A DNA stretch of 64,000 nucleotides from an uncultured Gammaproteobacteria bacterium (GTDB taxonomy: Bacteria; Patescibacteriota; Patescibacteriia; Buchananbacterales; UBA6539): the NCBI GenBank assembly GCA_964540635.1, contig CAZINP010000002.1:99346-163345 (forward strand). Direction: 5' to 3'. Of this stretch, positions 19,498-28,580 are shown piece after piece. The notes under the pieces were generated by a model that saw nothing but the letters and a program-made list of their open reading frames with translations, did no database searches and had not been told where the DNA came from. The position numbers and the translations under genes were made by a program. Each line of letters starts with the position of its first letter. The first letter of the stretch is position 1.

Positions 19498-19741
19498 TTT
19501 GCCAATGGGTGGCGAACATGTCCAGCATTGGAGGGAACAAATGTTCGGACATCTCCCTGCCAACCGCCGGCGCCGCGAAAAGGCCGCGGTCTGCTAGGCG
19601 ACGGCGAGACCCTTACGAGGGCCTCAACCCCAGCTTGAGGGGTCATATCAAGCAGCAGCACATGCGACCGCCCCTTATATGCTCTGGCGGTTGCACACTT
19701 CTTTCGGGGGGCGGGCTTAAGTGACTGCCCCTATTTTTATT
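19498..19741 (+). ncRNA. GC-rich structured RNA candidate, about 240 nt, family undetermined
   Basis: About 60% GC block between two AT-rich genes. Local hairpins include AGGGAACAAATGTTCGGACATCTCCCT. It ends with GGGGCGGGcttaagtgacTGCCCC followed by tatttttattt. The overlapping 71-aa ORF is Arg-rich and implausible as a protein. Confidence 0.5.
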
Positions 19742-20861
19742 TAACAACTACTCGTCTAAGCAAAGGGTTTATTTTAGTGATTACTTCGTAATTAATTGTT
19801 TTAATAATATCAGCCAAATGTTCGGCTGTTATTTTTTTACCCAACAACACGGCCTCATCCCCTACACGCGCCGATTTTAAGCCCGAGATATCAACCATCA
19901 TCAAATTCATACAAACTCGCCCTATTACTAGACATTTCTTATTTTTGATTTGAACAAAACTTTTATTCGATAACTTTCTATCATATCCTTCCCAGTAACC
20001 GCAAGACAATACAGCAATTTTGGTTTCCCTTTTTGTCTTAAACGTTCCCCCATAACCAACCAAAGAATTTTTAGGTAAAACTTTAATTTGTATAATTTTC
20101 GTCTTCCAGGTCAACGCCGGTTTTAATTTCATTTTTGGAAATCTTCTCAAGGCAATTTTTTTTGACAAATCTGACGGCCAAAGTCCATACAAACCCAGGC
20201 CCAATCTCACAAAATTAAAATATGAATTTGGAGCAACTAACAAGGCGGCAGAACAAGCAAAGTGCTTTTTGGGAATTTCTATGCCTTCTTTTTCCAAATT
20301 AAATAAAATCTTATTAAAAACAGCCAGTTGTTTTTCGGTAAACTTAGGATTATCTTCAGAAGAAGCAAAGTGGCTATAAAGGCCAACAATTTTTAAATTT
20401 GGCAAACCCCTAACCCTTTTTATAAAACTTATTGCTTCTTTTTCTAGTATACCCATTCGTGAAGTCCCGGTATCAATTTTTATGTGAATTTTTGCTTTTA
20501 TATTCAGCTTTTCAGCATTTTTTGATATCAATACAGCACTTTTAAGGTCATATATAGGAAATTCAATCCCCTGCTTTAAACCTATACTTATAAGTTCATT
20601 TTGAATGTAGCTTAAAACAAAAATTTTATTTTTAATTTTATTTCTTCTAAGTTCCAATGCTTCGCCAAGACTGACAACGCCGATATAATTAGCACTCGGG
20701 CTTATTATCTTTGCGACTTCAATCATGCCGTGACCATAAGCGTTACTCTTAATGATCGGCATAATTTCCACCTTTGAACCAACGATCTTTTTGAACTGCG
20801 CCAAATTATGCAAAATCGCCGATTGAGATATTTCAACCCAAGAATTGTACATAAGAACCAA
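19737..20861 (-). CDS. alr: Alanine racemase
   Basis: PLP-lysine motif IKSNAYGHG. Confidence 0.85.
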   Translation of the reverse strand: MVLMYNSWVEISQSAILHNLAQFKKIVGSKVEIMPIIKSNAYGHGMIEVAKIISPSANYIGVVSLGEALELRRNKIKNKIFVLSYIQNELISIGLKQGIEFPIYDLKSAVLISKNAEKLNIKAKIHIKIDTGTSRMGILEKEAISFIKRVRGLPNLKIVGLYSHFASSEDNPKFTEKQLAVFNKILFNLEKEGIEIPKKHFACSAALLVAPNSYFNFVRLGLGLYGLWPSDLSKKIALRRFPKMKLKPALTWKTKIIQIKVLPKNSLVGYGGTFKTKRETKIAVLSCGYWEGYDRKLSNKSFVQIKNKKCLVIGRVCMNLMMVDISGLKSARVGDEAVLLGKKITAEHLADIIKTINYEVITKINPLLRRVVVK

Positions 20862-20876
20862 GTCTTTCGGTAAAGA

Positions 20877-22127
20877 TTATTTTTTATTTGTAATTTTTTT
20901 GAAACCGCAAAACGGCTGAAGTGCCTTAGGAACGTTTACAGAACCGTCAGCGTTTTGAAACTGTTCCAAAATTGCCGGCACTAAACGACTGGTTGCCAGG
21001 CCGGAAGCGTTAAGAGTATGAACAAATTCATTCTTTCCTGTTTGCGGATTTTTGAATCTGACATTTCCTCTCCTGGCTTGATAATCAATCGCATTACTAA
21101 CACTTGAAACTTCCTTATAACCATTCATGCTTGGAATCCAAACTTCAATGTCAATTGTTTTTGCCATTGCCGCCGAAGCGTCACCGGCCGCCAAGAGAAC
21201 TGACTGAAAATGCAGCCCCAAGCCTTCAACCAATTTTTCCGCATTTTTTGTTAATTCATCGAAGGCATCCCATGATTTATCCGGTGTGGTGTACTGAAAC
21301 ATTTCAATTTTATTAAACTGGTGGCCGCGAATCATCCCCCGCTCTTCTTTGCGATAACTTCCGGCTTCTCGGCGAAAGCAAGCGGAATAAGCCGCGTATT
21401 TATAAGGAAGCTCTTCGACTGGCAGAATTTCATCGCGGTGATAATTACCAAGCATCATCTCGGAAGTGGCGTTTAAACATGTTTTTTCCTGCGTCCAAAA
21501 CAAATCATCACGAAACTTTGGCAAATGGCCGGAAGTATAGGCTGATTGTTCCGTTAACAAAAAAGGCGGGATCATAAAAGTATAACCGTTTTTTTGATGA
21601 AATTTTATGAAATAGGAAAGCAAGGCCCATTCTAAAATTGCACCTGCGCCTTTATAAATCCAAAAACCGGTCCCGGCAATTTTAGCCGCTCTTTCATAAT
21701 CGATAATATCCAAAGAAACAGCCAAGTCATAGTGATCTTTTGGCTCAAACTTAAAATTGATTTTTTTGCCGGAGGTTCTGATTACTTTGTTATTTTCTTT
21801 CCCGCCCGGCAAAACATCGTCAGCCGGTATATTGGGCAGGGCCGATATTTTCTCCTTCAAACTTTCTTCGGTCAACCTTATCTGTTCATCCAATTCTTTA
21901 ATTTCATCGCCAAGTAAGCGCATTTTTTCAATAATTTCTTTATCAGGCTTGGTTTTTGAGTATTTATTACGTTCTGCCTTTTTTGCCTCAACATCCTGCA
22001 AAAGCCCCTTTCTTTTGTCATCAATTTCTAAAATCTCATTAAAATTTATATCCTTCGGGTCCATGCGCTTTGATAGCGCTTTTTTTATACCTTCTTGATC
22101 TTGTCTTATTTTATTAATGTCTAACAT
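20877..22127 (-). CDS. serS: Serine--tRNA ligase
   Basis: N-terminal coiled-coil arm plus class II core. Confidence 0.9.
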   Translation of the reverse strand: MLDINKIRQDQEGIKKALSKRMDPKDINFNEILEIDDKRKGLLQDVEAKKAERNKYSKTKPDKEIIEKMRLLGDEIKELDEQIRLTEESLKEKISALPNIPADDVLPGGKENNKVIRTSGKKINFKFEPKDHYDLAVSLDIIDYERAAKIAGTGFWIYKGAGAILEWALLSYFIKFHQKNGYTFMIPPFLLTEQSAYTSGHLPKFRDDLFWTQEKTCLNATSEMMLGNYHRDEILPVEELPYKYAAYSACFRREAGSYRKEERGMIRGHQFNKIEMFQYTTPDKSWDAFDELTKNAEKLVEGLGLHFQSVLLAAGDASAAMAKTIDIEVWIPSMNGYKEVSSVSNAIDYQARRGNVRFKNPQTGKNEFVHTLNASGLATSRLVPAILEQFQNADGSVNVPKALQPFCGFKKITNKK

Positions 22128-22144
22128 ATAATGATATTAATTTC

Positions 22145-22792
22145 TTATTGTTCAATTATTTTTGTGCTTAAAATTTTTATCGGCTTCACTGGTTTTGACA
22201 TTTCGCCCGACTGGCTTAAAGTGACAGGAGAATTTGCAATTTTATCTAAAACCTCCAAACCTTTGGTGACTTGACCAAAAATTACATAGTTTTTGGGCAA
22301 AGGATAATCCTGGTGCATAATAAAAAACTGAGAACCGTTTGTATTTGGACCGGCGTTAGCCATTGCAACTGCCCCACGAACATACTCACCACTAAAATCT
22401 TCGTCGTCAAAAGAATAGCCCGGACCGCCGGTTCCATCTCCCTTTGGATCACCGCCTTGAATCATAAAATCTTTTATAACACGATGAAAAATTGTATTAT
22501 CGTAAAAACCCTTTTTAGCTAACCACAAAAAATTATTAGTCGTAATGGGGGTATCTTTAGTGTTCAAAGATATCTCCATATCCCCTTCTTCGGTTTGGAG
22601 AATTACTGAATATGACTTACTTTGATCAATGATATTTTCTGGCATATTTGCTTGTTTTTTAACCACCTGAGTGGCAGTAGTATTTGAATTAGAATTTTGT
22701 GTTTGATTGGTTATTTTTTCGCTTTTATCCAATGAACACCCAAAAAGGATAATCGCCAAGGAACAAACCAAAATAGAAGTCTTTATTTTCAT
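22145..22792 (-). CDS. ppiB: Cyclophilin-type peptidyl-prolyl isomerase, lipoprotein
   Basis: FHRVIKDFMIQGGDP motif; lipobox LFGCS. Confidence 0.85.
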   Translation of the reverse strand: MKIKTSILVCSLAIILFGCSLDKSEKITNQTQNSNSNTTATQVVKKQANMPENIIDQSKSYSVILQTEEGDMEISLNTKDTPITTNNFLWLAKKGFYDNTIFHRVIKDFMIQGGDPKGDGTGGPGYSFDDEDFSGEYVRGAVAMANAGPNTNGSQFFIMHQDYPLPKNYVIFGQVTKGLEVLDKIANSPVTLSQSGEMSKPVKPIKILSTKIIEQ

Positions 22793-23193
22793 GATTTGTG
22801 ATTTATTATTGATGATTTATAAATTTTTGGATAATACGGCTTTAAACGAATTACTTTAATTACCGGATATTCATTTTTAAGATTATCCGCAAAACCAGCC
22901 TGATCATAACCCAAACAAATTATTTTAGGTTTATGTTTTTCGATAATTGCGTATGGATTCTTGGACTGACCCAATAAGACTGTTACGGAATCAATATTTT
23001 TAAATAATTTTTTTACCGCCCGCAATCTTTCTTTTTCTGAGTATTTCGGCAAATGTCCCTTGATCGAGATAACATTTTTATCGCGGGCAATTACAATAAT
23101 TAAATCGCTGCCATAACTTTTTGCTTGTTTAAAAAAATTTAAATGCCCCGGGTGCAAACCGTCAAATGTGCCAAAAACCATTACCCGAGACAT
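22789..23193 (-). CDS. Cytidylyltransferase-like nucleotidyltransferase (RibL/TagD-like)
   Basis: VFGTFDGLHPGH (HxGH) motif; 134 aa. Confidence 0.6.
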   Translation of the reverse strand: MSRVMVFGTFDGLHPGHLNFFKQAKSYGSDLIIVIARDKNVISIKGHLPKYSEKERLRAVKKLFKNIDSVTVLLGQSKNPYAIIEKHKPKIICLGYDQAGFADNLKNEYPVIKVIRLKPYYPKIYKSSIINHKS

Positions 23194-23196
23194 ACT

Positions 23197-23616
23197 CTAT
23201 TCTCGTTCAAAAAATTTTTTTACTTTATTCGAATCAAGGGCGTAAAGTATAATCAGCGTCAGCAAGGCGGTAAAAATGGCTGGGATATAAAGACCAATAC
23301 CCACCGCCAGGCCAATACCGGCAACCATAAAGATTGTAGCGGCCGTTGTAATACCTTGAGTTTCGTTTTTGTCGCGACCATGAATTATCACACCGGTACC
23401 GAGCAATCCAATCGGAGTTAATATGCCGGCCACAAGCCTTGAGGGGTCAGAAACAAAAGAAAGAGAAACGATCATTACCATAGTTGTTCCCAAACCGATT
23501 AATATTATCGTGCGCAAACCTGCCGGACGATGTCTGGCCTCACGTTCAAAACCAATTAGCCCGGAGAGAACAACTGACAGCACTAAACGAAAAATAATTT
23601 GCAAAAGAGTTATCAT
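23197..23616 (-). CDS. MgtC/SapB family membrane protein (start likely MITLLQ)
   Basis: LSGLIGFEREARHRPAGLRT motif. Confidence 0.7.
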   Translation of the reverse strand: MITLLQIIFRLVLSVVLSGLIGFEREARHRPAGLRTIILIGLGTTMVMIVSLSFVSDPSRLVAGILTPIGLLGTGVIIHGRDKNETQGITTAATIFMVAGIGLAVGIGLYIPAIFTALLTLIILYALDSNKVKKFFERE

Positions 23617-23620
23617 TTTT

Positions 23621-25147
23621 TTACTTTTTCTTTTTGTTAACCTTGGGCTTTTTTTCTTTTTCTTCAACTTCGAGTGGACGAAGTAAGGGAAAAAGGATTG
23701 TATCGCGCAAATTATCTTGTTGGGTTATAAGGGTAATAAATCTATCTATACCCATGCCCCAACCTGAAATTGGCGGCGCACCGTGCTCAAGCGCTTTAAT
23801 ATATTCATCGTCCTTGCCGTGCGCTTCGGCATCACCCTGAGACTTAGCCATTGATTGTTTCTCAAACCTTTCTTTTTGATCAATTGGATCAACAAGTTCA
23901 GAATAAGCATTTAAAATCTCCCAAGTATTAATAACGAGCTGAAAACGATCAACAACATTTGGATTTTGATCATTTTTTCTGGCCAAAGGAGATAAATCTA
24001 GCGGGTGTTTAATAAGAAAAGTAGGTTGAATGATTTTATCCCGAGAAACGGTTTTATATAAAGCATCAATTAAATTACCGCGACCCAGACTTTCAATATC
24101 ATCAATTTTAATTTTCTTGGATTTAATTTCTTTTTTTAAATCCTCAGCTGTTTTAAAATTATCAATATCAATACCGCAATCTCGCTTGATTAATTCCGCA
24201 AAACTGAATTTTGGCCAAGGTAACTTAAAATCAATTTCAACCGGATTACCCTGTCTATCATTAATTTTGAATTTAAGTTTACCAAAAATATCTTGCAAAA
24301 TTGTGGTGATCATCTCTTCAGTGAATTTCATATTATCCTCGTAATTCCAATAGGCCGCATAATGCTCACACATCGTAAAATCTTGTACGTGAGAAGGGTC
24401 CATTCCTTCATTCCTAAAACAACGGGCAATCTCAAAAATTTTCTCGAATCCGCCAATAACGGCTTCTTTTAAATAAACTTCAGGAGCAATTCTGAGATAG
24501 ACATCAATATCCAAAGCATTATGGTGAGTAATAAAAGGCTTGGCCAAAGCGCCAGACGCCGCATTTACCAAAACCGGCGTTTCAACTTCAATAAATCCTT
24601 TTGACCAATAAAATTCTCTTAAAGCTTTAATAAGCTTCGAACGCAAGACAAAACGGTTATATGTCTCCGGATTTGAAATCAAATCCAAATATCTCTGACG
24701 ATAGCAACTCTCCTGGTCCTGAAGACCATGCCACTTTTCCGGCAAAGGCCTGAGAGTTTTAGAAAGTAAAGTATAACTTTTTACCAGGACGGAGATCTCA
24801 CCCTTCTGAGTGGTAAAAATTTCACCCTCAAGACCAATGAAATCGGCGGGATCAAATATTTTAGAAAATTCTTTAAATTTTTCTTTGCCCAAAACGTCTT
24901 CTTTCAAAACTATCTGAATTTTTCCAGTTGAATCAAGAACGTGGCAAAAACAAATCTTACCCATTTCTCGCAAAGTTAATAAGCGGCCGGCGATTCTGAC
25001 AGTCTTGCCCGCCTCAAAACCAATTGCCTGAATAATGTCGGTTTTTTCGTCAAACTTTTCGGGGTAAGGATTAATCCCCTCTTTTCTTAATTTTTGAAGT
25101 TTTTCCAGACGAATTTTATATTCATCATTTATAGGTAATTTTTGCAT
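23621..25147 (-). CDS. lysS: Lysine--tRNA ligase (class II) with Lys-rich C-terminal tail
   Basis: OB-fold N-domain; FRNEGMDPSHVQDFTMCEHY motif 2 region. Confidence 0.9.
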   Translation of the reverse strand: MQKLPINDEYKIRLEKLQKLRKEGINPYPEKFDEKTDIIQAIGFEAGKTVRIAGRLLTLREMGKICFCHVLDSTGKIQIVLKEDVLGKEKFKEFSKIFDPADFIGLEGEIFTTQKGEISVLVKSYTLLSKTLRPLPEKWHGLQDQESCYRQRYLDLISNPETYNRFVLRSKLIKALREFYWSKGFIEVETPVLVNAASGALAKPFITHHNALDIDVYLRIAPEVYLKEAVIGGFEKIFEIARCFRNEGMDPSHVQDFTMCEHYAAYWNYEDNMKFTEEMITTILQDIFGKLKFKINDRQGNPVEIDFKLPWPKFSFAELIKRDCGIDIDNFKTAEDLKKEIKSKKIKIDDIESLGRGNLIDALYKTVSRDKIIQPTFLIKHPLDLSPLARKNDQNPNVVDRFQLVINTWEILNAYSELVDPIDQKERFEKQSMAKSQGDAEAHGKDDEYIKALEHGAPPISGWGMGIDRFITLITQQDNLRDTILFPLLRPLEVEEKEKKPKVNKKKK

Positions 25148-25203
25148 ATTTGTGTATTAATTATATCATATATTTTAACCAAAATATCACAAAAAGTCAA
25201 AGT

Positions 25204-25236
25204 AAATAAAATAAGCCGGAACTTAACATTCCGACT
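25204..25236 (-). terminator. Intrinsic terminator downstream of greA
   Basis: GTCGGAATG ttaa GTTCCGGC followed by a U-run on the minus strand. Confidence 0.5.
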
Positions 25237-25258
25237 CATTTTAAAATAAAATATTGAT

Positions 25259-25717
25259 CTAAATTATCTCAAGTATTTCACAATCCATTTCACCGCGCGG
25301 CACAACCACCTTAACCTTCTCGCCCGCCTTTCGGCCCAAAAAAGCTCGGCCCAACGGAGATTCGTTTGAAATTAAGCCCTTTAGCGGATCAGCTTCATTT
25401 GAGCCAACAATGGTGTATTCAACGTCTTTTTTAAGGCAACGAATCTTAATCTTACTGCCGACAGAAACAACCGTCTTTTTGCCGCCCTCTTCTATAATTT
25501 CTGATTTATTAATTAAATTTTCCAACTCGGCAATTCTACCAGCAATAAAACCTTGTTCGTCCTTGGCATCTTGATACTCGGCATTTTCGGAAAGATCGCC
25601 CAATTCTTTTGCTCTTGCAATTCGCTCAATCACCTCCGGCATTTTTATTTTTTTCAAATATTCAAATTCTTCCTGAAGTTTTTGCAATCCCTGTTTTGTC
25701 AAATAATTTGTTCCCAT
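25259..25717 (-). CDS. greA: Transcription elongation factor GreA
   Basis: Coiled-coil N-domain; SENAEYQDAK; FKBP-like C-domain. Confidence 0.9.
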   Translation of the reverse strand: MGTNYLTKQGLQKLQEEFEYLKKIKMPEVIERIARAKELGDLSENAEYQDAKDEQGFIAGRIAELENLINKSEIIEEGGKKTVVSVGSKIKIRCLKKDVEYTIVGSNEADPLKGLISNESPLGRAFLGRKAGEKVKVVVPRGEMDCEILEII

Positions 25718-25786
25718 AGTTTTATTTTCAGCTTACAAAAAAATACAGTCGCCTAAGCTGTAATTAGTTTAAAATATACTTAAAGT

Positions 25787-25826
25787 ATTATAAATAATCA
25801 AAAAAATAATGTCAACAATGTTGACA
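25787..25826 (-). promoter_or_regulatory. greA promoter TTGACA-17-TATAAT; the -35 lies inside a perfect palindrome TGTCAACA-a-TGTTGACA (25810..25826)
   Basis: Minus strand: ttgaca ttatttttttgattatt tataat; inverted repeat of 8+1+8. Confidence 0.55.
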
Positions 25827-26013
25827 AAAAATAGGCAGAGACAATACCTTACCCCCTCAAGGAGAAACTCGCGACAGCTGAGTTGGTAATAGTGCCGGAG
25901 CTTTGCCGTTGAAACATCGCTTATTCGTGCAAGACAGGCGGAAGATTTGGCCACCAAACGATATAAGCGACACGACGCAATTGCCTCTGCGAAATCGGTC
26001 AAAATAATGTGCG
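25826..26013 (-). ncRNA. Candidate small structured RNA of about 190 nt, possibly 6S RNA (SsrS)-like
   Basis: Own promoter at 26020..26048 (TTGACA-17-TATTAT). GC-rich body. An 11-bp closing helix pairs 25835..25845 with 25980..25990 and is followed by U7. The overlapping 77-aa ORF is implausible. Confidence 0.45.
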
Positions 26014-26019
26014 TACATA

Positions 26020-26048
26020 TAATAACCTTTATTCAAGAAGATGTCAAG
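26020..26048 (-). promoter_or_regulatory. Promoter TTGACA-17-TATTAT for the sRNA candidate
   Basis: Minus strand: ttgaca tcttcttgaataaaggt tattat. Confidence 0.5.
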
Positions 26049-26059
26049 CCAAAACTAAC

Positions 26060-28054
26060 TTAATTTTCAACCTTCGGCGTTGAAGTTGACTGGGGATTAT
26101 CCTTATTCGCCCACCAACCAAGTATTTCCCTTGCCACCGGCGTGGCGACGCTGCTTCCTTCGCCACCCTCTTCAACCAAAACCGTTACTACAATTTCGGG
26201 ATTTTCAAAAGGCGCGTAAGCAGTAACCCAAGCCTGCGGCAATTTTTTGGTTGACCACTGCGCCGTACCGGTCTTAGCCGCAACAGCAATAGGCAATGAC
26301 CCCAAACTTCGGCCGCTGCCGGTTAAAACCGTTTCACGCAAACCTTTTTTTATAATATTAATATTTTTCTGACTTAAAAAATCTTGGCTTATTATTTCCG
26401 GCTTTGTTTCACTTATTAATTCATTTTGCGAATCCAGGATAGACTTAACGATATGAGGTTTAAAAATTTTTCCGTCATTAGCAATCGCAGATGTCCATAG
26501 CGCTACTTGCAGTGGCGTGACCAACACATCACCCTGACCAATGGCAAAGTGATAAGTATCACCTATGTACCATTGTTCATTTTTTGTCTCTTCTTTCCAT
26601 TTGGGCGTTGGCAAAAAACCAGTTGCTTCGTTTGGCAAATCAATCCCCGTCTTTTTGCCTAAACCGAATTTTTCACCGTAAGCTTCTATCCTTTCCGGCC
26701 CCAAACCAACAAAATCTTGATACCCACCGCCAACAATATAAAAAAATGTATTTACAGATTCAGCCAAGGCTTTGGTGACATTTGTCCAGCCGTGTCCACC
26801 CGCTTTCCAGTCCGGAAAAAACCACGTTTTATTAAAATAAATACCCCCAGTACTCATAAAACCCGTATTCTCTGTAACTATCTTTTCCTCTAAAGCGGCC
26901 GAGGCAACAACGATCTTAAAGGTTGAACCGGGCGGATACTCGCCGCTTATAGAACGATTAAATAGGGGTAAATTTGGATCGTTAATCAACTCTTGAAATT
27001 TATCTTGCGATAAACCTCGTACAAAATCATTATTATTAAAGGCCGGCCAGCTCACGAGGGCTAAAATCTCGCCATTATTCGGATCAATGGCAATCACCGA
27101 ACCTTTCTTTTTTCCGGTTGACCCCAAAGCTTTTTTAAGGCTAGTTTCTGCAACTTTTTGAAGACGGCTATCAATGCTTAACAATAAATTATTTCCGGAA
27201 ATTGGTTTTTGCGAGGCTAAAATTTCTTTAGCCTTTCCGGTTGCCTCCACTTCAACCTGCTCAATACCATTAACACCCTTAAGCTCTTTTTCATAAGTAA
27301 ATTCTAAGCCAGACTTACCAATCTTGTCATCATATAAATAACCATCTTTTAGGTATTCCTGAAGCTTACCGTCCTCTATTTTTCCTTGGTACCCCAAGAT
27401 ATGCGAAAAACTTTGGGTTGTAGATGAAAGCAAATAATGTCGAGTGCTATCAATTCTTAAAGTTAAACCATTATATTTTGAACTTAAAATCCTGGCCAAA
27501 ACCGCCTGATCTGGTGTCAAATCATCAACAACCGTTATTGGTTGATAGGAATAAAGAGGTTTTTCCGGAAAAAGCAAGGTCTCTGTTTCCTCAGCTGGTT
27601 TATTGGTTATATTCTGAATGTCTACAATTAAACTTTTTCTAACTTCAGGATCTTTCGGCAAGTCAACCGGTATTGCCGCCAGAGAAAAGCCGGGAGAATT
27701 CTCGACAAGCTGAACCATATTTCTATCATAAATTATTCCCCTTGTGGCTTTGGTGTCTCTTAGCCTGATTCTATTGCCTTCGGCCAGGGCCCGATAATGC
27801 TCTCCCTGATAAAGCTGCAAAAAGGCGGTTCGGCCAGCCAATAATAAAATGCCGCAAAGAATCAAAACTAAAAAAATATTAATCTTTGTGGCGTCAAGAA
27901 ACAAATTCAAAGTATTACCAGCGATAGAATCATTTTTTGAGGCAGAAAAATTTTCAAACTCAAAGGACCGGTTTTTATTCCGGGGTTTTATAAAATAATT
28001 TTTTTTACCCGGGCTGATAATGCCAAACGGGTCAATACTGGCGTCTCTTCTCAT
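26060..28054 (-). CDS. mrdA: Penicillin-binding protein 2 (elongasome transpeptidase)
   Basis: Dimerisation plus transpeptidase domain (SxxK-type), last gene of the mreBCD-mrdA cluster; about 60-aa cytoplasmic N-tail. Confidence 0.85.
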   Translation of the reverse strand: MRRDASIDPFGIISPGKKNYFIKPRNKNRSFEFENFSASKNDSIAGNTLNLFLDATKINIFLVLILCGILLLAGRTAFLQLYQGEHYRALAEGNRIRLRDTKATRGIIYDRNMVQLVENSPGFSLAAIPVDLPKDPEVRKSLIVDIQNITNKPAEETETLLFPEKPLYSYQPITVVDDLTPDQAVLARILSSKYNGLTLRIDSTRHYLLSSTTQSFSHILGYQGKIEDGKLQEYLKDGYLYDDKIGKSGLEFTYEKELKGVNGIEQVEVEATGKAKEILASQKPISGNNLLLSIDSRLQKVAETSLKKALGSTGKKKGSVIAIDPNNGEILALVSWPAFNNNDFVRGLSQDKFQELINDPNLPLFNRSISGEYPPGSTFKIVVASAALEEKIVTENTGFMSTGGIYFNKTWFFPDWKAGGHGWTNVTKALAESVNTFFYIVGGGYQDFVGLGPERIEAYGEKFGLGKKTGIDLPNEATGFLPTPKWKEETKNEQWYIGDTYHFAIGQGDVLVTPLQVALWTSAIANDGKIFKPHIVKSILDSQNELISETKPEIISQDFLSQKNINIIKKGLRETVLTGSGRSLGSLPIAVAAKTGTAQWSTKKLPQAWVTAYAPFENPEIVVTVLVEEGGEGSSVATPVAREILGWWANKDNPQSTSTPKVEN

Positions 28055-28580
28055 AAAGCTGGCCGGAAAAATGAAAATAGTTTTTTAATCTGCCGGAAGT
28101 GGTAAAAAATATAAAAAAAATCGTCCAAAGAATAATTACGTTCATTAGCGGCTGCCAAAGATACAAAAGCTTTATATCATAAAAGGCAAAAGAAAATGAA
28201 AATCCAAAAATTGTAAATATTGAAATATAAATCAACAAAATAAAATTATAAACCAATGTCCCGATAAAACCTAATATTGCCAGTGAATACAGGGAGCGGT
28301 TTGTAAAAAAATTTTTATACAAAATATCGGTTATGATAACCGAGAGAACCAAGGAAAGTAGAGTTGCGCCATACGGCATAGCTGAATAAAAACTTAAAAA
28401 TAGGCCGCAAAAAAAAGCCCAAATCAAACCCTTCTCGTATCCAATCATAACTGTAATAAAAAGAACAATACAAAAAATCAAGTTAAGGCTTGAAATTGGC
28501 ACAGGCCAAGTGGTCAAAAAACTAACCTGGATTAAGGTTAATAGATATGAAAATAAAATTATAGATATGGTACTAATCAT
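28032..28580 (-). CDS. mreD: Rod shape-determining protein MreD
   Basis: 182 aa, 5 TM helices, position between mreC and mrdA. Confidence 0.6.
   Translation of the reverse strand: MISTISIILFSYLLTLIQVSFLTTWPVPISSLNLIFCIVLFITVMIGYEKGLIWAFFCGLFLSFYSAMPYGATLLSLVLSVIITDILYKNFFTNRSLYSLAILGFIGTLVYNFILLIYISIFTIFGFSFSFAFYDIKLLYLWQPLMNVIILWTIFFIFFTTSGRLKNYFHFSGQLYEKRRQY

Noticed and set aside
19509-19724. 71-aa plus-strand ORF (MANMSSIGGNKCSD...)
   Set aside because: Arg/Pro/Gly-rich translation of a GC-rich hairpin-dense segment with its own promoter and terminator. It is better explained as a structured RNA.
19498-19741. Attempted assignment of the GC-rich RNA to SRP RNA, RNase P RNA or tmRNA
   Set aside because: None of the conserved sequence blocks (SRP GGAAGCAGC apex, RNase P GGAAAGUCCGGGCUCC, tmRNA T-loop/CCA end) could be found on either strand. 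The family is left open.
25769-26002. 77-aa minus-strand ORF
   Set aside because: It lies inside the promoter, closing helix and terminator unit of the sRNA candidate. There is no RBS context and the composition is odd.
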